A stretch of DNA of 64,000 nucleotides from Podarcis liolepis (lineage: Eukaryota), in the NCBI GenBank assembly GCA_965112155.1, contig OZ218098.1; one strand, 5' to 3'. The position numbers and the translations under genes are program-made. Below the pieces are notes generated by a model. That model worked only from the letters and a program-made list of their open reading frames with translations. It had not been told where the DNA came from and ran no database searches. This document shows positions 1 to 13,940 of the stretch, piece by piece (position 1 is the stretch's first letter; each line of letters starts with the position of its first letter).

Positions 1-79
1 GTATTAAATTGTCTTGTAAACATTTCTGCCCCCCCACCCAAGAGAATCTGGCAGAGGAGGAACTGCGCACCCTGGTTCC

Positions 80-890
80 TCCTCTGCCCTACCTTTCTTT
101 GGTTTGGAAGCTCCAGATGGTACATCATGCTGCAGCTAGACTGCTTCTGGGAGCTTCTTGTGGAGAACATGTGACAGCATTGTTAAAACTACTGCACTGG
201 CTGCCAAGGTTCAAAGTTCTTGTACTAATTTACAAAGTCCTGAACAAGTTAGTTCCGGTGTACCTCAGGAATCTCTTGAACTCCTTATATCCCAGCCCAA
301 TTGCTGAGATCATCTGCAGGCATGTCGTTGGTTGTTCCCCAAGTTGGTGAGGCACATTTAACAATGATGAGAAACTGAGTCCTTAGTGTCTTCAGACTAG
401 TCCTTTGAATACTCTGCCATTAGAGATTTGACAGGCACTTTCTGTGCCAACTTTTAAACGACTGCTGAAAACTATTCTGCCAGGCCTGTACAGGCAATCA
501 ATAATACAGTGGTACCTTGGTTTTCGAGTGTCTCAGAAGCCGAACCCTTCGGAACCTGAACACTGAAAACCTGGAAGTAATTGCTTCTATTTTCAAACAT
601 GCCTCGGAAGTCAAACGATTTCCGCTGCATTTTTTCCTTTTTTCTCCATTGACTTTGCCAACCACCCTTTGTGCTTTGGTTGTCAAACATTTTGGAAGTC
701 GAACGGTTTTCTGGAGCAGATTATGTTTGACCGCCGAGGTACTGCTGTACATCCTTCCACAAGGGTTAATTGATATGTTTTTAACATTTTAATGGTTTTA
801 TTGTATGGTTTTTATGTTTTATTGTTGTAAACTTCTCTGGTATATATTCTATGACATAGTGATATATTAATATTTTTATAAATAACTAAA
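80..890 (+). mobile_element. Degraded L2-clade LINE 3' fragment, interrupted by a MITE
   Basis: Translation KLQMVHHAAARLL...LHWLPRFKVLVLIYK matches the L2 ORF2 C-terminal motif (QNAAARL..LHWLP); followed by a T-rich 3' UTR. Confidence 0.8.
507..747. mobile_element. Tc1/mariner (pogo/Tigger-like) MITE
   Basis: TA-CAGTGGTACCTTGG...CCGAGGTACTGCTG-TA terminal inverted repeats with TA duplication. Confidence 0.85.
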
Positions 891-2884
891 AAGTAGTAAA
901 ACCTCATTCTTCATACAAGTTCAGAGGGCTGCTGGAAGAAGAGAGGAGCCTCCTCTGTTTCTGTGTTTGGTGCTCTACTGCATGCACTGTTTAGAAATAG
1001 GAGGAGGAACAGAGTTTCTCCTCTAGCTGCCACAGTCCACATACCTATATATAATTTCTTGTTTTCTGTGGTGACCATGCAAATGATGATATACAGAGGC
1101 TGTTTTAAAATATGGTTAAAGCCAGCAAGGGAAGGGAGATTCACTTCAGAGAACTGAGAGTGGGGAAAAGTAAACCAGAGTTTTGTCCCTACTGGGCCAA
1201 TGTCTGAGGACTGATTCACACTTTCCACTGATAGCCTTTATTTGGATACAGAAACCACTGTAGAGAAATCACTCTTAAGTGCGTCTCTAAGTAAAACTTG
1301 TGTGGAGAAAAAAACACCCTGAAAATGATACCATGAAGCAGCTACAAATCTGTGAATATAACTATGCACAAGTCATATACATGATTATTTTTGATAACAG
1401 TATTTCTTTGGATGATATAGTTTTGTTTTTCCATTAATATATTAATTTTTTGAATACGTTTAATACAAGTTTTTATGCTGAATTGTTTTGCTTTTTTAAA
1501 AAAAAAACCATTCAATAAAATCTCTAAAGTGATATCAGCTGAATTGAGAGATTGATATATAGTATGTTAGACCCCAGAACATATTTTTAAAACAGCAGTA
1601 GCAATTGAGTGTTTCTATAAATAGGATGCAATTTTCTTATAGCATGTAGTAAAGAGCATTTAGTAGCTAGTGATTATGCCATACCATCATAAATGGCTGT
1701 AGCATAGTGTACGGTCAAGGATCTCCCCATAACGTTCAACGATGTTGCATACTATACAACCAGGGCAAAGGTTTAGGACCAAATATATAGTTACATGAAA
1801 GCAATCATTTTTATATAAGTCAACTTTTAGCCGTAGGTCCTACTCTGTTGGCTTAGATGTAAAGGTGTTTTGTGTGGGTGGAAACTTCCATTTGCTCACA
1901 CAAGGTGGTCCCCAGAATTCCACCAGTTTCCCCCTCCTGTTGCAGCTTCCCCAACTCATCCCTTGCTGATCCAGAAGGTCCCGTGACCTTTTGCACACCA
2001 GTTTTTAAGGGCCACTGTGGGACTGTACCTGGGAGGACAGGTGGCAGTAAAGCTCCATAGTGCCTCTCTAGACCCAGACCCTTTTCTGTGTTAAAACTTG
2101 CAATAAATATTGTAGCTAATACTTTACCTTTTAAAAAGAGACCAAAATATGAAGGGGGGGGAATCAGTCTCTCCCCACTTACTTGGTTTTCTGTATGTTT
2201 AATAGAGCTTCTGAACATGATTTTGGTTCTGCAGTTGTTCAGCGACTGTGGACCATCTTTAGTGGCACTGAGTGGTTTGATTTTCTCCATGTGCATGTCC
2301 CTCTTGCCTCCCTCACAGAGCAAGTGCTGGAGAGAAATTATTGCAGCTGTTGCTGGGAACCTTGTCCTCTCTATTCTTTGAATGGGAGAAGGCGAGGAGA
2401 CTTCATGCCAGGCCAGTGATGCTCCTATTAAGAACATCCTCCTATTTTGTGCTCAGCTACAGGATGATGTAGAATATCTCTGCCTTTTTCTGGGTTGGAT
2501 TCTTGGAGAAAATGCAGAGAAACTTGATGCAGCACAGCCTCACTTGCTTCTTCATGAGTAGGCAGCAGTCTGTCAGTTCCCTACTCCTCACATGGTAGTG
2601 ATGCATCTATTGGAATTTGGAAAGTACATTTATATGTTAGAGTACTTGGCTAGCATCTGCATAGCTGCTTCAGGTAGGCCCAAGGATGTGTATCTATCCT
2701 GTGGGGTTGCAGACGATCCCATGTTTTTTGAAATTTTCCTCACTTCCAGAAACAGCATATGAGTGGCTGCTATTATGAAAACACCCACCCACAGTTCCTG
2801 CTTAGATCCAGGCTTTTGTCTAGAATTGCCTCCTGGTGTGTCTTATTTTGCATCTTAGTTGTTACTAACCAGTTCATTATTTAA

Positions 2885-3279
<395 letters not shown>

Positions 3280-3559
3280 TAAAATGCTTTGGCAAGAGTG
3301 TTTTTCTTTAAAAGCATTATACAAATAATAAACTGAATTATGCAAATAATCTAAATAAATTTCGTAACCAGCAAAATGACAGGGTATGTGTGGACGGAGG
3401 GCTGCTGTTTCAGAAGGAGTGGCGAGGCACATTGCCCTGTTTCATCCTTATAAAATCCAGATCACTTACAGCTGGGGGGAAGGACAGTTTTTATTTTCAT
3501 CAAGCAGGTCTTCCAGGTGTAGCACTTCAGAGCTTCCCATAATAGTGAAAATTCATGTA

Positions 3560-3773
3560 CAGTGGTACCTTGGGATGCGAACGGGTTCCCAAGACGCGAT
3601 CGTGCGTGGGCCGTGTTTTGCCGCTTCCACACATGCACGTGGCGTCATTTTGAGCATCTGCATCTGCGCGAGCGGTGAAACCCGGAAGTAATGCATTCCA
3701 TTACTTCCGGGTTGCCGCGGAGTGCAACCCGAAAGCGCTCAACCTGAAGCACATTCAACCCGAGGTATGATTG
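3560..3773. mobile_element. Tc1/mariner MITE, family C (related to 35423-35651)
   Basis: TA-flanked CAGTGGTACCT...CGAGGTATGATTG; internal CCCGGAAGTAA/TTACTTCCGGG inverted repeat; CAACCCGAAAGCGC shared with the second copy. Confidence 0.85.
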
Positions 3774-4242
3774 TAATAGAGATCTGAGCTTAGTCTTGGC
3801 CCAGTCACTAAGAATCATCCCTATACCTTTGTGCATAGCCCCATCCTTTGCAGTCATCCAGCAGCTTCATGTGCTCCCAGCAAATGTGGTTTGAGTTTAA
3901 GAGCAGGAAGTAGATCACTGCATGCCTGGATAGAAGGCACTTAGACTGTGTGTGTCTTGCTGTCCTCCGTGTGTGCAAATGGGATGGATTGTTCTTGAAC
4001 ATCTCATAAAATGCATCAAAATTGAACCTGCAGCTTTTACACTAATAAAAAACTAAAAGATATCAAGGAGGTGGAATAATGTCTACTATGTAGTGATTTG
4101 TCTATGGTGCTGGAATCAATTAGTATGTTTTGCTTTATATGCCAAACAAGTGGAACAGAAAATTAAATAAGCCCAATCTTATTTCTGTTTTTGTTTATGT
4201 TGCAGAAAATAAATTGTGAGTTGTTTTATGTATCAAAAATAA

Positions 4243-4500
<258 letters not shown>

Positions 4501-5703
4501 TAAAACACATAATCACAGACAGCTAATAAGAGCCATACTTAAAATCCCAGAAACTAATTAATCAGATCCATGGAGTATCGATACAAAGCATACTAATAGA
4601 CTGTTAAGTAAATCAGTTGTGGAAACAACATAAAAAAGATCTGAAGGCCTGACCAGGTGAAGATATGCATATAATTAAGTATCAGGAAGCTGCCCTGCCA
4701 CTACCTACTAAAGCGTATTGCCAGAAAGGGGTATTGGCAACCAGGCAATAGTTGTCACACATTTCTGGATCCAGCAACAACTTCTTAAGGAGGGGATAAA
4801 CTGTCTCCCCCATTGCATCAACCAGGGTTGAGGGAACAACCCTTCAAGCAGCTTGGTCACGTCATCAGGTTGCAGTAATTGAAATTCATCTGACAAAATT
4901 GTCATTTGTGTGGAGCTGCCGCATGTCTCAACCAACCCAAACCATCTGAACTTTTTGTCTGGAGGATCAGCCATTGTGGTGCTTCCATTTGTTTTGGATT
5001 GCAGCTCCTGTCAACACGGCCAATGGTCAGTGGTGATAGTCCAAAACAAGTGGAACATTGGCCTTGTTCACACATCATGGTTAGCCAAGTTAACAGACTA
5101 TACAAGTGTGCTAGCTTTTGGAGAGGAGCTCACAGCTGCTTTGCCACTCTCCTGTCCTAGCACAGCAGCTAAACCAAACTTAGCGTGTTCAAACCCAGGA
5201 TTGTGATTAAGGTCTCTTCTCCTTAACCACTACCTGTAATCAAGGTTTATCCTAAGGTCACAGTTTATGGTTGAGGAAGAGAGACCGTAACCATGATCCT
5301 GGTTTCAAGACAACATACTTTTCCAAACCTTGGCTTAACTGCTGCACTATGCTGTGCTAAAGACTGAAGAGCAGAGTAGATGTGAGCTCCTCTGCAGGAG
5401 CCCATTCGTGCAGTCCTGGTAAGCCATAGTTTGGCTTACCATAATAAGCAAACTAGAGGACTGGCTACCTCTGTTTTATGGTGTTATCTGTAACATAGTG
5501 ACTTTTCTCTTTTTCATAAAGAGTTTTATATGATACTGTGGCAGTCCTTTGTCAGTATATTCTCATCTGACTGATCTTCAGTGTCCTTGTTTCCTTTTCA
5601 TCATCACGTACTACTGTGTAAAAGTGTTGTGAATTACTTAAGCTGTGGGCCGTTCTCTTAAACTTTGGGTACTGAGGATGTTGTTATTGAAAACCAAATG
5701 TGA

Positions 5704-5922
<219 letters not shown>

Positions 5923-6299
5923 TAGAGAAGGGTGGATGTTAACACTGCAGGTGCTGGTGTCAAAAACATTATTAACTCTGAGTATGTTCTACAGGAGGGA
6001 GTTTCAGATAAAATAAGGTAACTCCAAGTATCTTCTTGGAGAGAGAAAAAGAAAGTTTGCGGAATGTTGGAATAGGAGGCCTTTCAAGGCAGAAATATTT
6101 ATTTTTTATATTGATCACCTCGTTAGCACTCTAGGTGATGTGCAGTACTTCAGTTTAAAACCTAAGTGCAAATGGTGACTGTCAAATTCAACAAAAAAAA
6201 CCAGACCAACACAGTAAAACCTAATTCTAATGACAATCTAATCACATTAATATTCTGGAGTGCTACAACAATTTTGCAAAAGCTAAAAACAAACTACCA

Positions 6300-7300
6300 T
6301 CAACTGTTTTTAACAACTACTGATGTTAAAAAATAATCTTTGGAAGATTTTTTTTTTAAATATTAAATTGGTGTTAAAAGGCCTGAGAAGGGAAAACAGT
6401 CTTTGATCAAAAAAGTCATTCATGTAAGTCACCAGGCAGGCATCTGGAGTGCATTCACTAACAGAAAGAGGGCCACCAACAAGAAAGCCCTCTTTCACTC
6501 TCTTATAGCCACCCGCCACACTTAGTTTGCTTATCTTAAGGCTTGGGTAGGTACATACTCACCCAATAGTCACATCATATTGATAGTGACAGAAGCATGA
6601 GAGATGGCGCTGCTTCTTAGGGGAAAGCATTTGTGGTCAGCCTTGTTTATAAGTAGGAGTAAGAATGTACCAATGAGGGCAATTACTGTGAGTTGGGACA
6701 TTTTGAGCCATTACTTTTGATACCTATATAGAAGTTGAAAGGATGAAAATCCACCTGGTTCAGAAGATTCAGGGCCCCAAAACAGAACTCTTCAAACAAA
6801 TTAGATTGTAATGCACTCCAAGAAAATAATGAGTGCCTAAGGTGCAGTACTGATGCAGTTACTTGACTGAACACAAAGGAAAACCCATCTCTTAACTACC
6901 CAGCGATAGATGGAGTAATGGTGGCTCACAGTGGGTCATCGCTACTGAAGCACCAGGATGTTGAAGATGAAGTTTTTGGCCTGGAATGTGGTGCAAACAT
7001 TTTTTAGAATTGCAAGTTTAAAAGTGTTTGCAGATTTATTTTGTAATGTTAAAAACGTAGCAGTCTTCAGCATAGATAATCTGAGCAAAATTAAAATTTG
7101 CATGTTCTGGCTAATAGATATCTGGCTAGGCATCCTGCTCAAAGAGTGAAGGAGTTAGACTTCAGCTAGAGTTTATTGTAACAATACATTAGTGGCCATC
7201 TTTTGATCACAGCACCTCTTTCATGAACTGTAAAATTGTCACTTGTAATTTTCAGTTCCTGGAAGAAAAATGAGAATGGTTTTCCGAAATTTCACTGTTG
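6300..7300 (-). mobile_element. Old L2-like LINE remnant
   Basis: Scattered L2-type motifs on the reverse strand (e.g. GGGCCACCAACAAGAAAGCCCTCT); boundaries approximate. Confidence 0.45.
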
Positions 7301-7691
7301 GCATATTGTCAGAACCAGCTCCTGAGTCAGGATTTTAAAAAGATTTCAAAACCGTTCAAACATTTTGTTGGACATCATAACTTTCCATCTGTTTACTATT
7401 CTTTAATCATAGAAGACACTTTCTAAGCACCAACAATGTGTCAGGGACTGATTAAAAACATGGTTCTTCCTAAAATTTTATATTTTGATTTGCTGCATAC
7501 TTCCATTTGCTGCATTTTCTGTAATGACGGCCATGTTTACCTCATGCTGCTTAGTAGTTGTTTGGATGAAAAAATGACTAGGGAACAAACTTAGAATAAT
7601 TCCCTTAAGCATTTTAAAAGAATTTTTTGTGGATTTTCTATGCTTCTACTTTTTAACATCTTTAATTGGAAAAAATAACTTTATTTTCTAG

Positions 7692-7834
7692 GAAGACATA
7701 AAATCCTTAACAGCTCATGTAATTGAGAATTACTGGAAAGCACTAGAAGATGTAGATTATGTGCAGACATTCAAAGGTTTGAAATTGCGTTATGAACAAC
7801 AAAGGGAAAGACAAGATAATCCCAAACTTGACAG
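7692..7834 (+). CDS. PPP4R3A: PPP4R3A coding exon, [47 protein letters not shown]
   Basis: TTTTCTAG acceptor, GTTAGT donor at 7835, 143 nt in phase 0/2; absent from the ORF track, translated by hand. Confidence 0.96.
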
Positions 7835-9368
7835 GTTAGTGTACACAAATTGTTATTGGCTCTTTCATAAAACATTTTCCTATTGAGGACAAACTAGGGA
7901 AAAATGAACAGCACACTTTGGTTCTGTTTCTCAGATGGCTGCTTTTAGTGTCAGTTGACTGACATATTTTTAAGTGAAGATCATTAAGTGAAGCTATAAG
8001 CCACTGTACTGTGTTGGAAGGATTCTTTAATTAAGCCACATCAGGATATACAGAGAAATATACATCTCCATACAATTGACCCAGATAATCTCTGGTGGAT
8101 GACTATAACACACATGCTTATTTCCCAATGCCAGAAAAAGACATAAAGCCCTGGACCTTATTCTGTGATGCAGTACCAGGTAGGCTAAAATATTGTTCTG
8201 CCGGCTGCCAGCTTCATATTGCAGGTGTACTTTGTATGCATATCCAAAGTTTGCAAATCATTTGTGAGAGTGTCTCATTGCCCAGATCAAGCAGTTAAGT
8301 CTCACCATTTGTGTACCTTCAAGGTAAGAAACCCATCAGGTTGGATTCAAACTACTTGTGGGCAGAGTTCTGTCCACAAGACTCTGCCATTGGAACAAGG
8401 GTGGGAAGTGATTTTGCTTTCCCCCCCCCTTCCTCCTGCAACCCCTCATGTCCCCTTCAGAATAGCCTGGGAGATGGTGCTGGGGGCTGAAGGGGGAATC
8501 TGCAAAAATTCACCACCATCTCTGCTTTCCTCCAACAAGAGCCTCTGTTTCATCTTTATCCATTCCGCAAACAGAAGCTGTCTGGATACAGCTCATCAGT
8601 TGAAAGCACAAACTCTGTCTACTTTATCCCTATGAAGAAATCACTATTTCAGGCAAATTGTATTATCTCAAAATACAACTTCTTTGGAGAGGGAAACCCC
8701 AATAAAAGAGTGTGTGCATTGATTCTTGTTGTTCGGTTTATATACTCACATACACACATGGGGACACACACTAACATTTGCATTCATTCCTTTTGGTGTT
8801 TGGATAAAAACCTTTGGCAGCCAACTCTTTTTAAAACATTCCATTTTGATAGATTTTCATCATAAAGGTACATGTAGATTTTTCATGTTGGTGCATGTTG
8901 GTCCCTCCCAACACTATGATTCAATGTATTTTTGCAATTAAATAAGGTGCACAATTTTTTTTGTAAGTTGTCTCATTCATCTCAGTGCATCTTAGATGAG
9001 TGTCTCCCTGGTGATTTTCAAACTTCAAAATGTTTTACAACTTACACCTACAATACGTAGCTGGCGGTCAGAAGTGCCCTATTCTTAAAGAGATGAGAAG
9101 ATAAAAAGGCATGGAAACAGTGTCAGGAACACACCTAAATGAAATAGTGGTTTCTTGATGTGCATGTGGCTTAGCTTAATGCTAAAGCACATCCACAGCT
9201 TGCATAGTGATTGTCCTAGTATATTAGTTTCTAAAAACATTTCTTTAGGCATTGTATCACGTAGTTGTGTGAGAGAAATGTAAAGGTTTTGGCACAAGGC
9301 TCATTTTTTAAGCTCTTGCTTTAGCAATATATGAAAAGTAATTTTTTTAAAAAAATCTTTTTTCATAG

Positions 9369-9559
9369 CATGCGTTCCATCTTAAGAAACCATAGATACA
9401 GGAGAGATGCAAGGACCTTGGAGGATGAGGAAGAGATGTGGTTTAACACTGATGAAGATGATATGGAAGATGGGGAGGCTGTGGTGCCACCATCTGACAA
9501 AAGTAAAAATGATGAAGATATTATGGATCCTATAAGTAAATTTATGGAAAGAAAAAAAT
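9369..9559 (+). CDS. PPP4R3A: PPP4R3A coding exon, (S)[63 protein letters not shown]
   Basis: CATAG acceptor, GTAAGT donor at 9560, 191 nt in phase 2/1. Confidence 0.97.
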
Positions 9560-9653
9560 GTAAGTAACTGGGTGGGATTACTATATTTCAGCTTTAAATA
9601 GATTTAGCTACCATAGGGCTGTAAATGGATATTGTAAGGTTTAAATGGACATA

Positions 9654-9875
9654 AGGCTGTAGCTCAGTGGAAAAGCATCTGCTTTGTAAGCAGAAGCTCC
9701 CAGGTTCAATCCCCAGTATCTGCAGGTAGGGAGATAGACAATACTATTGTGTAGTGTATTGTATTGTATTGTATTGTATTGTATTGTATTGTATTGTATT
9801 GTATTGTATTGTATTGTATTGACAAAACTAAGCTAGATGTACTTTGACTGTGTAAGGCTGCTTTCTGTGTTTCTG
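9654..9875 (+). mobile_element. Squam3-like tRNA-derived SINE with internal (GTATT)n expansion
   Basis: A-box GTAGCTCAGTGG, B-box GGTTCAATCCC, 3' part AGACAATACT...AGCTAGATG...TAAGGCTGCTTTCT. Confidence 0.75.
9756..9821. repeat. (GTATT)n pentanucleotide microsatellite
   Basis: About 13 perfect units read directly. Confidence 0.95.
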
Positions 9876-10500
9876 TTGAGGAAGCTTTTAATGCAGGGGT
9901 TGCCCTCCAGAAGTAGCTGGACTACAACTTTTATCATCCCTGGTCATTGGCCAGTTACAGTTGATCCATCAGGGCGAATAGAACACTGCCCCACCAAGCT
10001 TAACCTCCCCTTAGCTAGACCACATCTGCCTGCCTTCTTCCTTCCAAACAGTGTTGCCCTTATAGAACTCATCAGGAAGGTGGATGGGGACAAAAGTAAA
10101 ATTAGTTGGCTCTGCCTTTTCTTGGTACTAGATCCACCTATTCTTGGTCTTTCTGACTTCTATTCTACTAGTCCAATGGGCACCAGTCCCATTGGCCATC
10201 CTGACTGGGGCTGATGGGAGTTGGAGTCCAGCAATCAATGAGAGCCGCAAGTTCTCCATCCCTTTAGTGTATTCACAATAACTTTTTACACAAAAGGCCA
10301 GTGTGTGTGTGCGCGTGCGCGTGTGTGCAGTACAGCTAATTAGGCACAGAGCTGCCTCCTGCACTTTTAGACAGTAATAAATTCGTACTAAAATAAGCAG
10401 GAATGTAACATAAGTATGATAATAGTACTTTTTGTCTCCTTTAGCCTCTTGGATTTCATAGTGGAACTTTTATTAAAGCTGTACTTGTTTTAAATTACAG

Positions 10501-10727
10501 TTAAAGAAAGTGAAGAAAAAGAGGTCCTTCTGAAAACGAATCTATCTGGTCGCCAGAGCCCAAGTTTCAAACTTTCTTTCTCTAGTGGTACAAAGGCTAA
10601 TCTCACCAGCCAGTCATCTGCAAGTAATTTGCCTGGGTCTCCTGGGTCCCCTGGATCTCCTGGGTCCCCGGGATCTCCTGGATCAGTTTCTAAAAGCACA
10701 TCTCAGATGGCAGCTATAACTACCAAG
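10501..10727 (+). CDS. PPP4R3A: PPP4R3A coding exon, (F)[43 protein letters not shown](PGS)6[14 protein letters not shown]
   Basis: CAG at 10498-10500, GT donor at 10728, 227 nt in phase 1/0; the (PGS)n tract is typical of PPP4R3A rather than PPP4R3B. Confidence 0.96.
10632..10685 (+). repeat. Coding 9-bp tandem repeat encoding (PGS)6
   Basis: CCTGGGTCT/CCTGGGTCC/CCTGGATCT/CCTGGGTCC/CCGGGATCT/CCTGGATCA. Confidence 0.95.
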
Positions 10728-11926
10728 GTACTATTTTCACTTGACTCAAATCATGCTGTTATCAGAACTATTCCATGGGACGGCCAATCTCTGAATTTCC
10801 CATTTGGGAAATCCATAGGTGATTTGGATGGAGTTTGTGACTATCTCTCTGCCCCATGCTTTTAATATGGTGTATACTTAAAAGTAAAGAAGACTTTAAA
10901 AGAATAGTTGCTTTTGTGCATAGATGCCCTTTAAAATATATACAAAACATACTGCCTTCAATAGAAATAATTTTAGGGGAATTCATCTTGTTACAAGCAA
11001 GATATTTATTAATTAATGAGTTTTTTACAATTGTTTTGTCCATTTAGACTCCTAACAGAGTTGCTTAGGAAATACTTCTACCTCCCCCTGTACATTGACT
11101 GAGATTTGGGATCAGTCAAATCAGGGAGGCACAGCTAATTAATTAACAGAATGTATTCTGTCCTTTGGAGCCAAGTCCAAGTGTAAACACTGAATATAAG
11201 CCAGTGGTAAGAATTATGGTATTATTTTAAACCATAGCAGCACAGCCTTCCTGCCCCACGCTGCTTCTAAGCAGAGTACTTGGTAGGTAACTATGTCTAT
11301 GTAGAACCACCAGCTTCAGTCAGCCAGGTCTCTTATCATACATACCAGGCTAGTTTCTTCTCCTAAATTAAATCCTATATGTTAGGTGTGTGGTCTGTGT
11401 AATTCTAAGTCATTTAAACTAGGGTTCAGTGAGTAATTTGGTGTGAGAAAAGAGGACCAGAATATGGGGAAGTTTTAGTGCCCTAAACTCTGTTCCCCAA
11501 TATTGGCCTCTTACTCTTCCAGTGCTATGCTATTCCCAGTGCTGTCTATGGTTCCACCACTGTGCAACATGTTCCAATCATTGTTAGCATTTGTTTACTT
11601 TTCATATCTCAATAATTTTTGTACTTTTATGTATTCTTGGAGCAACTTCAGAATGCCACAAAACAGCCACTTGTCTCAAAAATCAACCAAGTATTGCTAA
11701 GCCCCAGCACAGTTCCTTAAGCAGTTCAGTTGCTTCCGATGCTCGTGCATGTTGGATTTTAGGATTAGAATCATTCTGTCATAGAGTTGAAAGGGGACCA
11801 CAAGAATAATCTAGTCCAGCCCCCTGCAATGCAGGGATCTTTTGCCCTGCGTGGAGTTAGAACCCAGAATTCTTCCCCTAAATTGCACTCCATGTGACAA
11901 GCAGTATTTTATAAAGTGAAGCATAG

Positions 11927-12125
11927 TTATTTATTTATTTATTTATTTATTTGTGCCTAGTCTTGTCTTCTGAGAAACTCAAGGCAGCGTACATGAGGTT
12001 CTTTTTATCATTGCAACAAACCTGTGTGTAGGTTTGGCTAAGAGATGGTGACTGGGCAATGGTTGTGACTGAGAGGGAAATTGAATCGCGATCTCCAGTC
12101 TTATTCTGACACTCTAACCACAGTG
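11927..12125 (-). mobile_element. MIR/CORE-type SINE with (TAAA)n tail
   Basis: Reverse-strand tRNA boxes and core GCAACAAACCTGTG...GGCTAAGAGATGGTGACTGG; related to 21545-21725 and 62290-62480. Confidence 0.65.
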
Positions 12126-12823
12126 TTTCCCTTGAAGCAGACTTTACTATGACTGCTTTCTAGGATTGCAGCTTTGAAATGTGTACTTTTAAAATCCATC
12201 AAAGATGGTATGTCTTTATGTGCAAAACGCTGTGATATATATTGTAACATCTGATAGTGTGTTTATACTATGGGGCTGGTCTGCATGCATCTGTCATATA
12301 TACATATATAATGTTATACTATCTTTTCCCTCCAGAACAGCCCATTGTATTTCTGGGTTGTTTTTATTTTTATTATGTATTTTGTGGTTTTATATCTTGA
12401 TTTTATTCTGTGAATGGCCCTGAGACCCCTGCGTATAGGGTGGTGTAAAATTCAATTAATAATAATAGTAATAATACCCACATTATTAATCTTTGCTTGC
12501 ATAGCACTGTGTGTTCCTTTGTATGTATTAAGCCAAGTACAGCTGCTTTTAGCTGCTCATCATACCTGAGCATTGTGCCCCTTAATTGCTAGCAAGAGTC
12601 ATCTAAGTATGTATATTTTGGTTAAGATAATAACCTCTTGCACAGTATAGGAATTAATGGCCATGCATTGCATTTATGTTTTTGTCTCTGAATATTGTGA
12701 ATTTGTATCTCTGTGTTTTACATATATATCAACTTATTGGAGTTTTAAGCAGATCATTTTAAGTCCATTTGAAGGATGAAACTCTGGAATAGCTAATGTT
12801 TGTAAATCTTTTTTTCTTTTCAG

Positions 12824-12922
12824 GGAGGCCTAGTGGGGCTTGTAGATTATCCTGATGATGATGACGAGGATGATGAAGAAAGCATACCTTTATCACAGAA
12901 AGCAAAGCTAGAGTCCTCATAA
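12824..12922 (+). CDS. PPP4R3A: PPP4R3A terminal coding exon, [32 protein letters not shown]
   Basis: Long pyrimidine tract plus CAG at 12821-12823; conserved LVDY-acidic C-terminus; stop TAA at 12920-12922 followed by an in-frame TGA. Confidence 0.96.
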   Translation, partial: GGLVGLVDYPDDDDEDDEESIPLSQKAKLESS

Positions 12923-13940
12923 TGACAGCTCTGAAATTTAATATCGGTTGAGGGATAAACAAAGTTTCCAGAGGGGGAAAAGTTTATAATTAAAAACTAT
13001 AATTTCTAATGAATTACTGTGTATAACACAGATCAATTTTTAAAACATGGATTTCTGCTAGTCAAGTGCCAATTTGAAGGAGCAGAAGAAGAGGAAATAC
13101 TATGCTTTATGGAAAAGACATGCCTTTGACCTCTCCAGCTTGGACCACACATTGCCCTTTTCTCAGGGAAGGAAACGGAAAAAAATATATATGTAAAAGC
13201 CAACAGGGCAGGAGTTTTGGTAGTGGAACTCTGGATTGGCTGTTCAGTTTGTTACAATCAGAATATGCTTTCTTGGACCATGTACAAGACTTTGAAGAAA
13301 ATGCTTTTTCTGCCCTAATTCTTCACTAGCTAAGAATGCCAGCAGTTTCTTTGTCTAAAGAGACCTGCCTTTGAAACCATACATTCTGAACATTTTAGTC
13401 AAGCTACAACAGGTTTTAAAGAAAAACTCATTGGGGGAGGGCTGAACATAAGTTTCCTCTTTTCTTTCTTTCTTTTTTTTAAAAAAAATAATCTGTTCCC
13501 TTTTGCCCTTTAAACTGCAGATTTTTGTTTGGAGCTAAGGGATTTGTCTATCCCTTGATTAAAGATTGAATGGAATTCTAGATGTGGTCACTTTTGTGTC
13601 ATATTTTTATTTTGCCCCGAGTGTATGCTTAGTTGTTGAGTATATATTTGGGACCATTAAAATTTTTTTGATGTAATATAATCTCACTGTTGTGCTGGTA
13701 CCTGTTTCACATGTGTAATTCTGTTCTGCATCACAATTCTTGATATGTTTAGGATTTTATGGGAGATGGTATAGTTTTTATTGAAAAAGAGCAAATGAAT
13801 CTTGCCACAATGTGCATACAAAAGCAATACTATTTTGTGACTAAATATTTTATATTAAACTTTACATCATCAACTGTCTTGAAACAATTCAGGGAAATAG
13901 GTTGTTTTTAAAAAAATAAAAAATAAAATAAAGAAACCTA
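12923..13940 (+). other. PPP4R3A: PPP4R3A 3' UTR (proximal extent)
   Basis: AT-rich, repeat-free sequence after the stop, ending at the first group of poly(A) hexamers; the true end needs RNA data. Confidence 0.65.

Noticed and set aside
1853-2437. 194-aa reverse-strand ORF in a PPP4R3A intron
   Set aside because: No recognisable homology or splice structure; probably chance
9656-9722. Possible tRNA gene
   Set aside because: A and B boxes are present, but the sequence continues into SINE body and the acceptor stem is not intact; it is a SINE head
10490-10699. Reverse ORF with collagen-like (DPG)n
   Set aside because: Antisense shadow of the (PGS)6 coding repeat
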